Below, one piece after another: positions 13,471-25,904 of a DNA stretch of 64,000 bases. The stretch covers positions 138,472,084 to 138,536,083 of the forward strand of contig JARDVH010000001.1 of assembly GCA_030324005.1 (NCBI GenBank), read 5' to 3'. The translations under genes and the position numbers were made by a program. The notes under the pieces were generated by a model. The model was not told the origin of the DNA, searched no databases, and worked only from the letters and a program-made list of their open reading frames with translations. The DNA is from Negaprion brevirostris (taxonomy: Eukaryota). Position 1 is the first letter of the stretch, and every line of letters begins with the position of its first letter.

Positions 13471-14288
13471 TAACATGCTTTAGAAATGTAGCTCTTATTC
13501 TAGTTTCCCTGGTCCCTTGATTCCGTGGCGACCTAGCAGAGAGAGTCTGATTAGGAGTTTTGCTTCCTATTTCTTGGACCTTATTCAAATTGCATTCCTC
13601 TTTGCTGGGTAGAATATAGATTTGGAAATTCAAAATTTGAAAATAATAGATTATAGTTTGACCAGGATGTTAGCTGTAGACTTCACTGAGTATCAAAATC
13701 GGACACTTTCAACTGCATTTTAAATGTTCTTGAATAGGGAATCAGGAACATTACTGTAGATCCTTATTGCAAATGATATTTTACAAGTAAATTGGGATTC
13801 TCTCATTCTCCATTCAGCCACTTGCTGCTGCAGTTTCATAGTCTGTAGGGAATGGTTTCGTTTATTAGGACATATTTGTGGTCAGTTGATTTCCTACCTG
13901 TTTTTGAAGCATTGAAAGATTACTCCAAGTCTTGTAGCTATGTCATAATTTGCTGGTAGCTTTTCATTACCATTATTGAAATTGCATTGCAATTCCAGAC
14001 TCTTAACTTTTATGAAATATACCTATTTATCCATTTGTGTGCAAATTGGAGTTTGTATCTCAATGAATATTATGTGGAGCTCTTAGAATGCATTGAATCA
14101 GAGACCATTGCCAATAACTAACATTTTTGATGCGATTGAATTAAGAACCTTAAGCTCAGTATTGCATATCGATCATAACAATACTAATTTATGATAATAT
14201 TTAGATATCAATGAGGAGGACTTTGAAGATATATTCCTTTCTATTACATGGGTCAAAACCTGGGACTCCACCATCTTAGTAATACTTG

Positions 14289-14528
14289 GGATGGCACAGT
14301 CATTGCCTGTGTGGAATCTGCACGTTCTCCTCATATCTGCATGAGTTTCCTCTGGGTGTTCTGATTTCTTCCTACAATCCGAAAGATGTGCTGGTTAGGT
14401 GCATTGGCCATGCTAAATTCTCCCTCAGTGTTCCCAAACAGGTGCCAAAGAGTGGTGACTACGGTATTTTCACATTAACTTCATTGCGGTGTTAATGTAA
14501 GCCTACTTATGACACTGATAAATAAACT
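14289..14528 (+). mobile_element. HE1/V-SINE-like SINE, tail type A, head partly deleted
   Basis: gatggcacagtcattgcctgtgtggaatctgcacg...ggccatgctaaattctccctcagtg...gtaagcctacttatgacactgataaataaa. Confidence 0.85.
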
Positions 14529-14804
14529 TTGAACTTTTACAGATTAAACACGTTGGGCAGCATTTCCTTTGGTGTAATTTCAACAGTATGCAATGGCAGA
14601 TTGTGCGGGAGCTGCTCTGCCTGTTCCAAAGTATGCCTGTCAGCCCCCAGATTTTATATTGAATGTACAATGTATACCTGTGTGTGCGTATTGTCATGAC
14701 ATGTGAGGTAGTAGAAATAATCACTGACATATTTCTCATCACTTGTACCCTAGCAGTGCTGACTACTGGCACTGCTTGCTCACTTCTGGTGGCCAGGCAA
14801 TGGA

Positions 14805-15019
14805 GGGGCGATTTCAGAATTGAGTGGTCTCAAAATTTGCAGTAAATCATAGGGCAATCAATTGGATAGACTAATTTTTTGGGGGTCAGTCATAGCTGGC
14901 TTCCAGGATCTATCAAAGTGGTTCCCTGTCTTCTTGAATTATGCTGAATTGTCTGAATTTGGCAAACCAGTTGGAGTCGGGGATGTTTTTTAGGGAAGAA
15001 GTTATTCTGGAATTACGCC
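14805..15019. mobile_element. Small element with short TIRs (MITE-like)
   Basis: ggggcgatttcagaat at the start; attctggaattacgcc at the end, whose reverse complement is ggcgtaattccagaat. Confidence 0.5.
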
Positions 15020-15076
15020 AAAGTGAAAAAGTGACATTATGTTTAAATTTAGTAATTCTTCCTTAGTTAACCCTAT

Positions 15077-15325
15077 TAGGAAACAAGGTAATAACTTATA
15101 CTAGTCAGTTAGGAAATAATTATGTTAAATGTTAGGTGCTCCACACAAGATTTCCTGATCAAAAACAGCACAAGGAAGTTGGGTGCAGTTAGTATTATGT
15201 CTCCAGTGGTGCCGTACAATATTAGCTCACCCAACTGTTTTTGTTCAGGAAACCTTGCCTACAGCATCTAATGTTTAAATAATTATTCCCTAACTGATCA
15301 GTATAAGTTATTGCCTTGTTTTCTA
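15077..15325. repeat. ~250-bp imperfect palindrome (fold-back element)
   Basis: Left arm taggaaacaaggtaataacttatactagtcagttaggaaataattat... pairs with the right arm, whose reverse complement is tagaaaacaaggcaataacttatactgatcagttagggaataattat...; pairing continues to the centre near 15206. Confidence 0.9.
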
Positions 15326-16220
15326 TTTAGTGCTATATTAATATTAGTTGTCTTCCTACCTGATTTGTTTCATAATTATTTTCCATACCTCATTAACAGT
15401 GTAATTTGTTGCCTTTTTAATGGTTTGAGTCCTGCTGCATGAGGGTTGAGTTGGTTATTTTAACTTTGTCTTTTGCACACACAAGGATTTCCTGATTTGC
15501 CTGGGATTTCATTTTGAAGGAATGCCAGAACAGCCCTATACAAATTCCAACTCCACTATCTGGTGCGACCTACAATTGCGAACATGAAGTCAGGAATGTC
15601 CTTGGCTGAGAGGAAGCATTTTGAGTTGTAAGCTCCATCCTGAATTTGTATTGTGAGCCTGAAATGACTGACCTNNNNNNNNNNAATTATCAAGGCCAAT
15701 CCACCTAACCCACAGATTTTTGTCAACATGCATTTAAAATGTCTCATTTAAAATGTCTTATTTAAAATTCAATTAATTGTTGAATACATGGCTATATTTT
15801 AAGAAGTGTGAACAAGTAAATAAATATTTTTGAACAAATTCCAGATGTACCAAAAACAGCATTAGTTCTTTTGCTCAGCCACCATAAAGAAAGAGGCAGG
15901 ATGACTATTTTGTTCATACCATCATTTAGGTTCTCTGTTAAGGATCAATTTTATTATGTTCCTTTCCTTCTCACTTTACTGCTGAGTTTGTACACTTGTA
16001 TAAGAAGCCTGTTCAATTTAATTCAGCTAAATCTAGGCAACATTTGGCAGTCTAGTCCATATTACCAAACTACCTACTCAATAATTGGTAAATGATGGCT
16101 TTTTGATCCAATTTATTAGGAAAATGGTAAGAAGCAGTCCTTGCTCTGTCACTTAATAGTAACTTAGACAAACTATATTCTGGCATTCTTGGGGAACAGC
16201 AGCTACAGAATGATTGTACA

Positions 16221-16398
16221 TTGGGCACTGCAGGGGCTGGGGTGCATTATAAACCCTGATAATCACATTGATTTAATGTTTTAAGTTTCTTTTGTATTTT
16301 GGTTTTGTGCGGGCTGTTCCCCTCCTTTTGGGGAGTTGCCCCTTTTACTTTGTCCCTAAGTTAATTTCAGTTGGTTTATTTGTTTGCTATAAAAGAGG
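16221..16398 (+). mobile_element. Short insertion (probably a 5'-truncated Tx1/L1-like 3' end) with a 14-bp TSD
   Basis: Exact direct repeat AGAATGATTGTACA at 16207-16220 and 16399-16412; T-rich UTR-like interior ending ataaaagagg. Confidence 0.6.
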
Positions 16399-16419
16399 AG
16401 AATGATTGTACAGGATATT

Positions 16420-16553
16420 TTAATGAAGAGACAGCCAGACTCGAAATGTTAGCTCTGTTCTCTCGCCAGAAATGCTGTCAGACCTGCTGAGATTTTCCAG
16501 TCTTTTCTGTTTTTGTTTCAGATTCCAGCATCCATAGAAATTTGCTTTCATAT
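16420..16553 (+). mobile_element. Penelope-like terminal repeat (family 1)
   Basis: atgaagagacagccagactcgaaatgttagctctg...gacctgctgagattttccag...ttcagattccagcatcc. Confidence 0.75.
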
Positions 16554-16977
16554 TATAATGCAGGTTGATTAAGGTCAATATGACTTGTGAGTCAGAAATT
16601 CTGATGGTGATGAACCAGGTGCATAAGTTTAAGAGTTAATTTTATCAAATTAAGTATTGATTCAAGTAAATTTATTAAGGGGTGTAGCTATTCAATGCTT
16701 CATCAGAGGATAGGTTTAAAGGAAGAATACTGAGTTACAATTAATCACACGCCGAGACCAACCAGGTGTGGCAATGAACAAATCAACAGTGAAATGTAGA
16801 GAAAAACAAACTCCACAACCCTGCTAAGAGGAGGAAAGGATTCACTGGTATGAATATAGGAATGAACAGAAATATGTTGAAAAGATAACAGAAAGATCAA
16901 AGAGGTCTGTTTTTAAAAAAAAACAAACTGTAGAAACAAAACAACAGCACAAAATTCACTTCATACTTTGGAATGAA

Positions 16978-17250
16978 TCTCATTGCTGTTTATAGGAGCT
17001 TGCTGTCTGGAAATAGCTGCTGTTTTTCCTGCTGCAACAGTACAACAGGGCTATAGACCAAGAGCTGAAAGTAGTATTAGTCTGAATAGCTCTTTTTCAT
17101 CCGGGACAGACATGATGGACTGAGCTGAGTCCTTCTGTGCTGTAAATCTTCTGTTTCTATGTAACACTTCAAAGCATCTTTCTTTAGCTGTGAAGCGTTT
17201 TGGTACAATGTGAGGTCACGAAAGGCACCATATGAATGCAAGTTTTCTCC
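16978..17250 (+). mobile_element. DeuSINE 3' fragment interrupted by a CR1 3'-UTR piece (~17047-17161)
   Basis: cattgctgtttataggagcttgctgt...[insert ending gctgtaaatcttctgtttctatg]...acacttcaaa...gctgtgaagcgttttgg...gaaaggcaccatatgaatgcaagt. Confidence 0.65.
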
Positions 17251-17544
17251 TTTTTTCTGTAACAGGGTAGTAAGAGTAAAGGTGGGGAACCCTAAAAGAC
17301 ACTATAGCTTGGAACCAGATCATAAGGATGGGACAGTAAACACTCTAAATGATTGCTTGCTCCAAGGGAAATTCAATAACATGCTCTCTCCAAAGATAAC
17401 CAAGACAAGGGAATGACATAGATTATACATATGAGGGAAGCAAGCAAGCTCAGAACATAAATATCCATTAAAGAAAATATTTACCTCAGAATGTTGAGAG
17501 ACACTGGGGAGTAGATTTGTAAGGCACTGATGATGCAAAGCACT

Positions 17545-17665
17545 ACGGGTATACCTAACCACAGAGTCTGCAGCAGTTCAATAAGCACCTGTCAAGGACG
17601 TTTTGGGAAGGGCAAAAATGCTGGCCTAGCTAGCAATGCCCACATCCCCTGAATGAATAAAACAA
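17545..17665 (+). mobile_element. 3' tail fragment of a shark SINE/LINE
   Basis: ctgcagcagttcaa...gggcaaaaatgctggcctagctagcaatgcccacatcccctgaatgaataaaa. Confidence 0.5.
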
Positions 17666-18173
17666 ATCTTGGGGAGTCACTGGACACTGGCCAATAGATT
17701 GGAAACAGGCTCATTTGACACCCATATTCAAAAACAAGACCAAAATATTTGAGTGTCTTCCAGACCCTTTAATTTGGTTCAATACTGAATAAAAGAATGT
17801 AACTTTAAGATTATCTGTAGAATATCAACCTAGTAAATAGAAATCTATATGGCTTCAAAAGGGAAATGTCCTGTTTGAACAACTTCTTTGACTGTTTTGT
17901 GGAATTGATATTCCAAGTATATTTTGGAGACCTCAAAGTCTTAATATAATTAAGATGAATTACTATGACCTAGCAATGCAGAGCAGCATTCAATAAAGCC
18001 AATAGAACATTTCATCATAAAGCCAAATCAGTAGAATACAAGTCAAAGGTTATGCTCAAACAATATAATGCTTTTATCACACCAAACCTCAGGTTCATTT
18101 CCCATCTTTAAGACACAAGGGAGGCATTTAAAGTTTGGTGGCAGTACATAGAAAGCTACCAAGCTGATCCTGA

Positions 18174-19175
18174 GGACTGGATTTTCCTGTCCCGGATTGG
18201 GATGGTTTGGCAAAAAAATAGGCAGTATGGCCTGTGTGCTGGTTTGCTGCCTCTGCTCCTGATTCCCTGCTGCCTTTCCTGAGTAAGAAGTCTGACAGCA
18301 CCAGGTTTGAGTCCAACCGATTTATTTGATAGTAAACTCGCAAGCTTTTGGGGTTTGCCCCTTCGTCAGGCAAATGGAGAGTTCTGNNNNNNNNNNNNNN
18401 NNNNNNNNNNNNNNNNNNNNNNNNNNNNNNNNNNNNNNNNNNNNNNNNNNNNNNNNNNNNNNNNNNNNNNNNNNNNNNNNNNNNNNTTGGACTTAAACCT
18501 GGTGTTGTCAGACTTCTTACTGTGTTTACCCCAGTCCAACGCCAGCATCTCCACATCATGACTTTTCTGAGGACAAGGGTTCGGGGGGTGGAGGGGTGTT
18601 GGGGGAGCAGTAGGCAGTGAAGTAACTGGCCTTGTTAATTGGGCATGTTGAGGTCATTAGGGAGCTCATTAAGAGTTTGTCTTCTGACTTCCTGAGACTT
18701 TCATGACGTCAGACAGCCATTAGGAATTCTCTGAAGCTGACCGGCGCCAATCTAGTGGGAGCAGGGGCGGCAGCATTGTAACAGTTTTACTTGATGGAAG
18801 AAAGTGCAATTTTGCCTAAAATCCTAGTGAGCAATAATGAAATTTTAATAACCAACATTTTCTGAGCCTATCGCAGGCCCAGCTCTCCATTTGTCCTTGC
18901 CACCTTGAATGTGAAGATCCTCTCATTTTTTTTAAATACCATGCACATAGATGGCAGCCACAGCAATAGCTGTTGATCCGGGCCAGACATGGCCTGGTTC
19001 GTGCCTTTATTCACAATCCTCCCCCTGGCCACTAATTGGACAACAAACCCATCCCTAAGGTCATTAAAGCCCTGACCCCATGACAATCCCACCTGATCTG
19101 GTGGCAAAGGTGGGAATGCAAGCCAGACTCAAATCTTGTTTGTGATTACTGCCTCGAATGGGGAAATCTAGGCTC
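18174..19175. mobile_element. Short-TIR non-autonomous element containing a Penelope-like insertion
   Basis: ggactggattttcc ... ggaaatctaggctc; interrupts the CR1 fragment. Confidence 0.45.
18283..18563. mobile_element. Penelope-like inverted terminal repeats (family 2) around a 100-N gap
   Basis: gtaagaagtctgacagcaccaggtttgagtccaa versus ttggacttaaacctggtgttgtcagacttcttac; hammerhead-like cctgacgaaggggcaaacccc on the minus strand. Confidence 0.75.
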
Positions 19176-20196
19176 TAGAGTCTGATTTGTGTGGAAAGGT
19201 TGAAGAAATCTGGGCTTGAAAGACATTTAGGAGGTGATCGTATAAGAGAGCTTTTAAGTATTTAGTGATATGGAAAAGCAAAATGTAGAAAATTACTTCA
19301 AGTTGTCTAAATAGTAAATGGAAACTTGGCTAACTGCCTAGTGACAGATAACATTAACCCAAAAAGGCTGAAGTAATTGTACTAGCTCAACTTGTCCTGA
19401 CTGAATACTACATTGCCTTCCATAATGTACGATACTAGAAAGAAATGAATGACTTCCTCAATACTTCAGATATTTAAGAGTCTCCAGGGTGCTCAAGATG
19501 AGGGCTTGAACTTCAACACCAGGTTAGTTTGCCTTCAGCATGAGGTGCCATCATGGCAAAAGAGTTAAAGCATGCACTAGAAACGGTCGCCTTGAGGATT
19601 ATTAACACTCTGTTGACCAATTAAAGTGGTTCCTAACACTCATTGAAGAGGCTGCATACCATTTTGTTGGCTAGCTGTACAATTAACAACCCCCTTTTAA
19701 TAGTGACCAGCTGAGTTAGAGTAGACAAAATCCTTGATGAGGACAGAGTGTTGCTTACAGCCATGGTTTTCTTCAACAGTTGACTTGCTGCTGTATAGAA
19801 ATTAACTGACTACACTGTGCTTGAAGGGGACTTCTGATGTATATTAGACTTTGAGACACCAAGGCTTCACAAACACTTATCAACATTTATTGTTGAATTA
19901 ATTGAAGACTATTTTTGAACTATATCCTTTGCTGTCAGATTCTGGTGCACTGTTGCCACATGCCTTTCACGACTGAGGATCCATCAAGAAAATCACCGTC
20001 TGTACTCAATCCTTTCAATCCTTTCCCCATGAAGAAGAAAAAAAAAGACCAATGCCAGCACCACACAATTACCAAATTCATTCTTTATCCAGCTGAACTC
20101 AATGAAAACATGACGACTAAAAATCCTTAGAAAAATTAAAGCTTTCACCCTTTGTGGCTCTCCTATTAGTGTTTATTTTGCTTAGTCAGCAAACAT

Positions 20197-20299
20197 AGGC
20201 ATCAGTTCAAATGACCCCATTGTTCACAGTGTAGACAAGGACCTGGAAACTATTGGCAGAGCTCCTTCTGCTGATACCTGTTCAATGATAAGATGGTAG
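20197..20299 (+). repeat. ~105-bp dispersed direct repeat, second copy at 22052-22158
   Basis: aggcatcagttcaaatgaccccattgttcacagtgta...cagagctccttctgctgata...gataagatggtag is present at both sites. Confidence 0.9.
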
Positions 20300-21544
20300 C
20301 AGAATAAGAGATAGATGCTGCTTATATTCTGCAGAGGGCAGCTGAGGTGTCCTACTGCGCAAGTGGCTGTGGAACACAACACCACATGTCAGACTGGACA
20401 ACTTTGGCATGGGCTTGAGTGGTCAGAACTGCCTGGCCACTGCAAGTACAATGGTGGAGTGGCAAAGAAAGAAACAGGAATGCTGGCATCCAGATATTAG
20501 TTTTTTGCTATGTTTCTCATGCCACTACATCTGGACTATCTGTTCAGCCAGTCTACTGATCTGCTGGAGAACAGGTCTCTGGGCAGCTGAGACACTTTGC
20601 AAGTTCCTTTCAACCAAGGAGCCTAGAACAACCTTGGCAGCTGTCATTGCAGCAATCTGTCACTCTGTGGAAGCTGCTTAATATTCCATGGAATCTGCAG
20701 TAACTCCAAAGCTGCAATTTCGGACATTGGATGCCACATGATGTTGGGCTCCACAGATCACTGCACAACCAGTGGCATTGGGCATCCTCTCCACACTCGG
20801 TAGGATGAGTTCCAGTCACAGATAAGCTGGAGATGGACTATTTCATCTCCCTTGCCATGGCTCTATCTCATTGTAGAGTGTCAGTTACTTCAAACATTGA
20901 TTTTTTTTAAAAAGACTGTTAGCTGGGGCTAGGCCTTGAGTTCCTCATCTGAATTGCCAACAACAGAGCTGGTGTTTGACCTTGCTTGCCTTCCACCCCC
21001 ACAGCAAGGTGACACCTAATGTGTCCATATCAACCCACGTGGCTGGTACCCAGTCTGTCCAAATACAAGGAGTGATATTCTAGCCAGCCTGTAAGTTGTA
21101 GACGGTGCCAATCTCTGAGCAGATGATTGACATTGATAACAAGTGAAGTAATTCCTCATTCCTTAGTGTCCAACACTTGCAAGTGGAAAAGCAAGTTCTT
21201 TCTCTTTTCCAGTTCCACTAGAAAGCCTAATGGATCATGTTGCTGGGAACCTGCAGTGATTAAGTTTGAAGAGTTAGGGTGCAGTGCATGTGATCACTAC
21301 GGGAGAATGTGAGAGATTAAATCATATGGAGCATTGAAGTGAATTAGATTCAAGAGTTTAAGTATTAGGATTTGTTGTAGATGGGTAATGTAGCTAGATA
21401 TCTCAAGGCCAGTATGTCCCAGGTCTACCAGTGGCCATGGCATTTGCCGCCTCCCCTCATGATTACTGTCAGTTCTCCTCCTTAAGTGGATTAATTTCTG
21501 GGAGTCGTGCATTCCTTCTCCCTGATTCAGGTTCTGCTGAGAAT

Positions 21545-22593
21545 TGTTATGTGCTATGTTAACCCGGATGAGAGAGAATAAGTGGTTGTAGTTATGGACA
21601 GGAGGGGGATTAGTTTAAACAACCCTGATTTCTCCTCTCACTACCATCCGTAAACAAAAAGATCTTTGATTTTTGATTTTCCCCCTTTATAAGTGGTGGA
21701 ATATCTTCCCCAGCCTTTCAATTTGGAGTGTTCCAATCCTTCATGAATAACTTGCACAGCAAACTCGAGATAAGATTAGTTAAAAAGGTTGGTTTATTTC
21801 ACACTCACAAAAAACGTGGGAAAGGGGTTTCGTAAAGTAAGTGCCTTTTTTATACTCGTATGGTAAAAGAGGGATAAAGGAAAGAAAGGGGTATAGGGCC
21901 AAGCCATGTTAAAAATACAAGTTATGGTTTTATATAAGTCTAGAATCAAAAGCCTAATGAAGTTGACTGTTGCAGAGTGAGCCATGGTTCCAGGAGTGAG
22001 GAATTTCACAAAGGGAGAAGGCACATCGGGTTGAATTAGTCTTAGCCTCAAAGGCATCAGTTCAAATGACCCCATTGTTCACAGTGTAAATAAGGGCCAG
22101 GAAACTGTACTTGGACAGAGCTCCTTCTGCTGATATCTGTTTGATGATAAGATGGTAGACAGACATGGCCTGGAATCTTGTTCTCTTTGGAGGTTAAATA
22201 GTGACTGAAGATAAGGTCCAACAACTTATTAATTGAAGGAATTCAGACAGCTCAGATCTCAGTCGTGTGACAGTGTGGTTTCAGATTGACAAAGCTCCTG
22301 GTTGAAACCCATTGTGTTTTGGAACGGGCAACAGTTGGGCCATTAACACCACATTGGGTACTAGGAGTCACAGAAAGCTGCCTTTGTCCTTAGAGACATA
22401 GCATCACTGTTGGCTAGAAATCTTATTTGGAAATGTAAAGAAGTTTTGTGCAGCTACAGGAAGGGACATAGGTGCTTTATTTTTTAAAATGACAAGACTC
22501 TGTTGGTTTGTCTGAAGGTTAGAAATTCCTCTGGTGTGAACCATGGTTCGCCAGGATAAAGCCAGGTCCATTTTTAAAATAAAAATGATAACT
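21545..22593 (-). mobile_element. Possible solo LTR
   Basis: tgttat...ataact mini inverted ends; antisense polyA-like tttatt at about 21794; non-coding; no convincing TSD. Confidence 0.3.
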
Positions 22594-22629
22594 TGATATA
22601 AAAATGCATTTATACTGTGCTTTCTCTCT

Positions 22630-22927
22630 CATGATGTGGGTATGCCAGCGTTGGACTGGGGTAAACACAGTAAAAAGTCTNNNNNNNNNNNNNNNNNNNN
22701 NNNNNNNNNNNNNNNNNNNNNNNNNNNNNNNNNNNNNNNNNNNNNNNNNNNNNNNNNNNNNNNNNNNNNNNNNNNNNNNNAAATAAATCGGTTGGACTAA
22801 AACCTGGTGTTGTCAGACTTTTTACTGTGTTTACCCCAGTCCAACGCCGGCATACCCTCGAAAGCTTGTGAGTTTATTATCAAATAAATCGGTTGAACTA
22901 AAACCTGGTGTTGTCAGACTTTTTACT
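22630..22927. mobile_element. Penelope-like family 2 termini, inverted plus partial tandem arrangement
   Basis: catgatgtgggtatgccagcgttggactgggg is inverted relative to ccccagtccaacgccggcatac; aaataaatcggttg..ctaaaacctggtgttgtcagactttttact occurs twice. Confidence 0.75.
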
Positions 22928-23289
22928 TTCTCTCTCAACCAGGACATTGTGAATAAGTGCATTGGCAGATTTGGTTTGTGTGTTATGCCTCACTGGTTGA
23001 ACAATGAGTATATGTGAGATGTGAGTATAGTCTCTGAAGAAAGCAATAGTGTAGAGTACGTGAATGTCAATATACAGGATTTTTGTGGACTGCTTTCCCC
23101 ACTATGAGCACAAGAGCATATTTTCCCCACTAGTTCCTTCTCCAGCCCATCAGTTTTGCAGCCAAGAATCTGTGACCCCTCTTCCTCAGTCCTTGAACTA
23201 TTCTAATATTGGCAGGATGTGACACGTCACACCCCACAACAGTTTGTGTTGATGATTAAACATTTTACAATTTATAGCAACGACTTAAA

Positions 23290-24292
23290 GGGGAGTGAAG
23301 GCATGGGAGATAAATTTGCAGATGACATAAAGATAGGTAGGAATTATGGCATGAAGAGAACATAAAGAGCTTGCAGACGGATAGGTACATTTAGTGAATG
23401 TATAAAAATCTGGCAGATAGAGTATCAAGTGGAAAAATGTGAACTCCTTCAGTTTGACAGGAAGAATAAAAAAAGCAGAGTGTTATTGAAATAGAGAACA
23501 ACTGCAGAATTCTGAGATGCAGAGGGATCTAGGTGTTCTAGTGCATGAATCACAAAAGGTTAGTATGCAAGTAATGAAGAAGGCTAATGGAATGCTATCC
23601 TTTATTGCCAGAGGAATTGAGCATAGAAGTAACGATATAGAATGGTAGAAAAGCTCAGGAGGTCTGGCAGTATCTGTATGGGGATGCATCTTACAGGTGC
23701 TGCCAGATCTAAGATTTTTCAGTATCCTCTGTCTTTATTTCAGATTCCAGCGTCTGCAGTATTTTGCTTATTATAAAAATAAAGATGTTGTATTTCATTT
23801 ATGCATGGAATTGCCTGAGACTTCATCTCGAATATTGTGTGCAGTTTTGGTCTCATTTAAGGAAGGATGTAATTGGGGGCAGTTCAAAAGAGCTTTACGA
23901 GATTGATACATGGAATAAGCAGGTTGTCTTATAAGGAAAGTTTAGAAAGGCTAGGCTTGTTTCCACTGGTATTTAGAAGAGTGAGGGGTGACTTTAAGTA
24001 TTGAACAGTCTTGACAAGGTGGACATGGAAAGGATGTTTCCTGTTGTGGGGGACAGTGTTTTAAAATGAGAGGTTACCTTATTAGGACAGAGATGAGTTT
24101 TTATTCGCTTGAGGATTGTGTGGTGGTGGCTGGGTCATTGAATATGTTCAAGGCAGAGATAGATAGATTCTTGTTGGAGACATGAATCAAAGATTATTGG
24201 GGTAGATGAAACACCAAACAGATCAACCAGGATCTTTTTGAATGGTGGAACAAGTGTGAGGGTCAAATGGCTTACTTCTGATCCGATTTTTG
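23290..24292 (+). mobile_element. CR1 LINE 3' end with a Penelope-like fold-back insert at ~23635-23772
   Basis: aaatttgcagatgacataaagata (KFADD), agagggatctaggtgttctagtgcatg, aaggctaatggaatgcta, 3' UTR gaatggtggaacaag...aaatggcttacttctg. Confidence 0.85.
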
Positions 24293-25904
24293 TATATTTG
24301 TATGTACCATTGTCTGTTAACCAGTGCATTTCGCAACTTCAGTGGTAGAATATGCGTGGAGGCTATTTCCAGGATTTTCCCTTATTGGTGCAGGGGGTGT
24401 GGCGGCCTAGCCAAAAGTCCCAGTAGTGGGTGGGGCTGGAATATCCCACCCTACATGTACACTTCCATGAAAATTGCTCCAATTCAGCAGTTGAATGCCA
24501 GAAGTGCCGGTCCTTTGTTTAGCACCTTAGGCATATACAAGTCATGGTAATTGTCAATTCACTATAAAATTGCCAACTAAATCCAGATTTTTAAAGAAGT
24601 AGCATTGTAGCACAACATCCACTTTGTTTCTGTTTTCAACCTTTCCTTAAACTAATCCACTACCTTAGTTCGTTAAGCCATCAGAAGAATTCCACATTGA
24701 AATTCCATTATTAGTTAAATAATTTTGAGGAAAAAAAAATCAAGTTAAAAATTTGATGTGGTCACATTGATATTGCTGTGCCAGTATTTTAAATCTAAGC
24801 TTTTGATTGACTGAAAGATATTTTAAAAACTGGCTCAGTCAATTGAAAATGTTTTTAAAAAGGCTTTTCTTATCTCCAGAATCATTGTGGTAAGGAGGGA
24901 GGTACAATAACAAAGTTTTAAACTTCTAACAGGAGATAGAAAAGATTTGGAACAAGTAGTAAGTTAGAGTTCAAATATCAAAAAAAAGAATAGGTGCAAA
25001 ATAATTACCAACCCAGCACTATTTAATTGTAAATGTTGATGTATTATTGTAGGTGTTTTATTTAGTCATTTTATCTAATATTGCAGTAATAAGATGTGTT
25101 TTATAATGCTACTGTTTAAATTGCTTTATTTCGGCACAATTAATGTTTCAACATCACAGTACATGAACAGAAAGTGAATGCAATAAGTCACCTCAATTAG
25201 TTGAAAGGTTAAGGACAGAGATAGTGCTGACGTGTTATTACCACTTTGCCGTGTGTAATGTAGGTCATGGGCATTATTGCCCGATATTGACACAGAAAAT
25301 GGACTGCAAATATTAAAAATGCATAGCAAGTTGGTCACTATCTAAAAGACATTCTTGTCTTATGTAATTCCTTGAGAGAACTGGAATAATATTCCAGACC
25401 AATCTGCAACTTTATCAGTTGCATGTTACCTGGTTAACGTCACTTACTGTTACAAACATTCTATCACCGATAGTATTCTCATACTGTGTTTCATAAACAG
25501 TGTTATGCTATCAGCTATGATGTCAACTGTTTAAGGATTTACAACACTGAAATACAGAAATATTGCCCATGTTTACCTATTGATAGTTTTTGGCTTTCTA
25601 CAAGTTTAACTAAAGTGTTAACAAACTGAGTGGAGTAATCCAGGGTGTTAGCACCCTGAATTGCTAGGTTGGGTGTTATGTGTCATGGACACTTTAAAAG
25701 ATGTTTCCAAAATCATCAATGAGCAACATGTATTTGTATGTGTGGACGTATTTTCTAACCCGTGGAGTGAGAAATTCAATTTGAAATAACCTACAGCAAA
25801 GGCTTTTTACTTGAAAAAGAAGTTATTAACATGTACACACAAAAATATAAAGATATCAAAGATAGGAATATAAATCAAGATTAATCCATAATTGATTTTG
25901 TTTT

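Larger units (their letters stand above)
17858..19330 (+). mobile_element. Old CR1 RT fragment split by nested insertions at 18174-19175
   Basis: gggaaatgtcctgtttgaacaacttct...gctaccaagctgatcc (ATKLI) resumes as gaaaggttgaagaaatctgggcttgaaagacatttaggaggtgatc. Confidence 0.55.
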
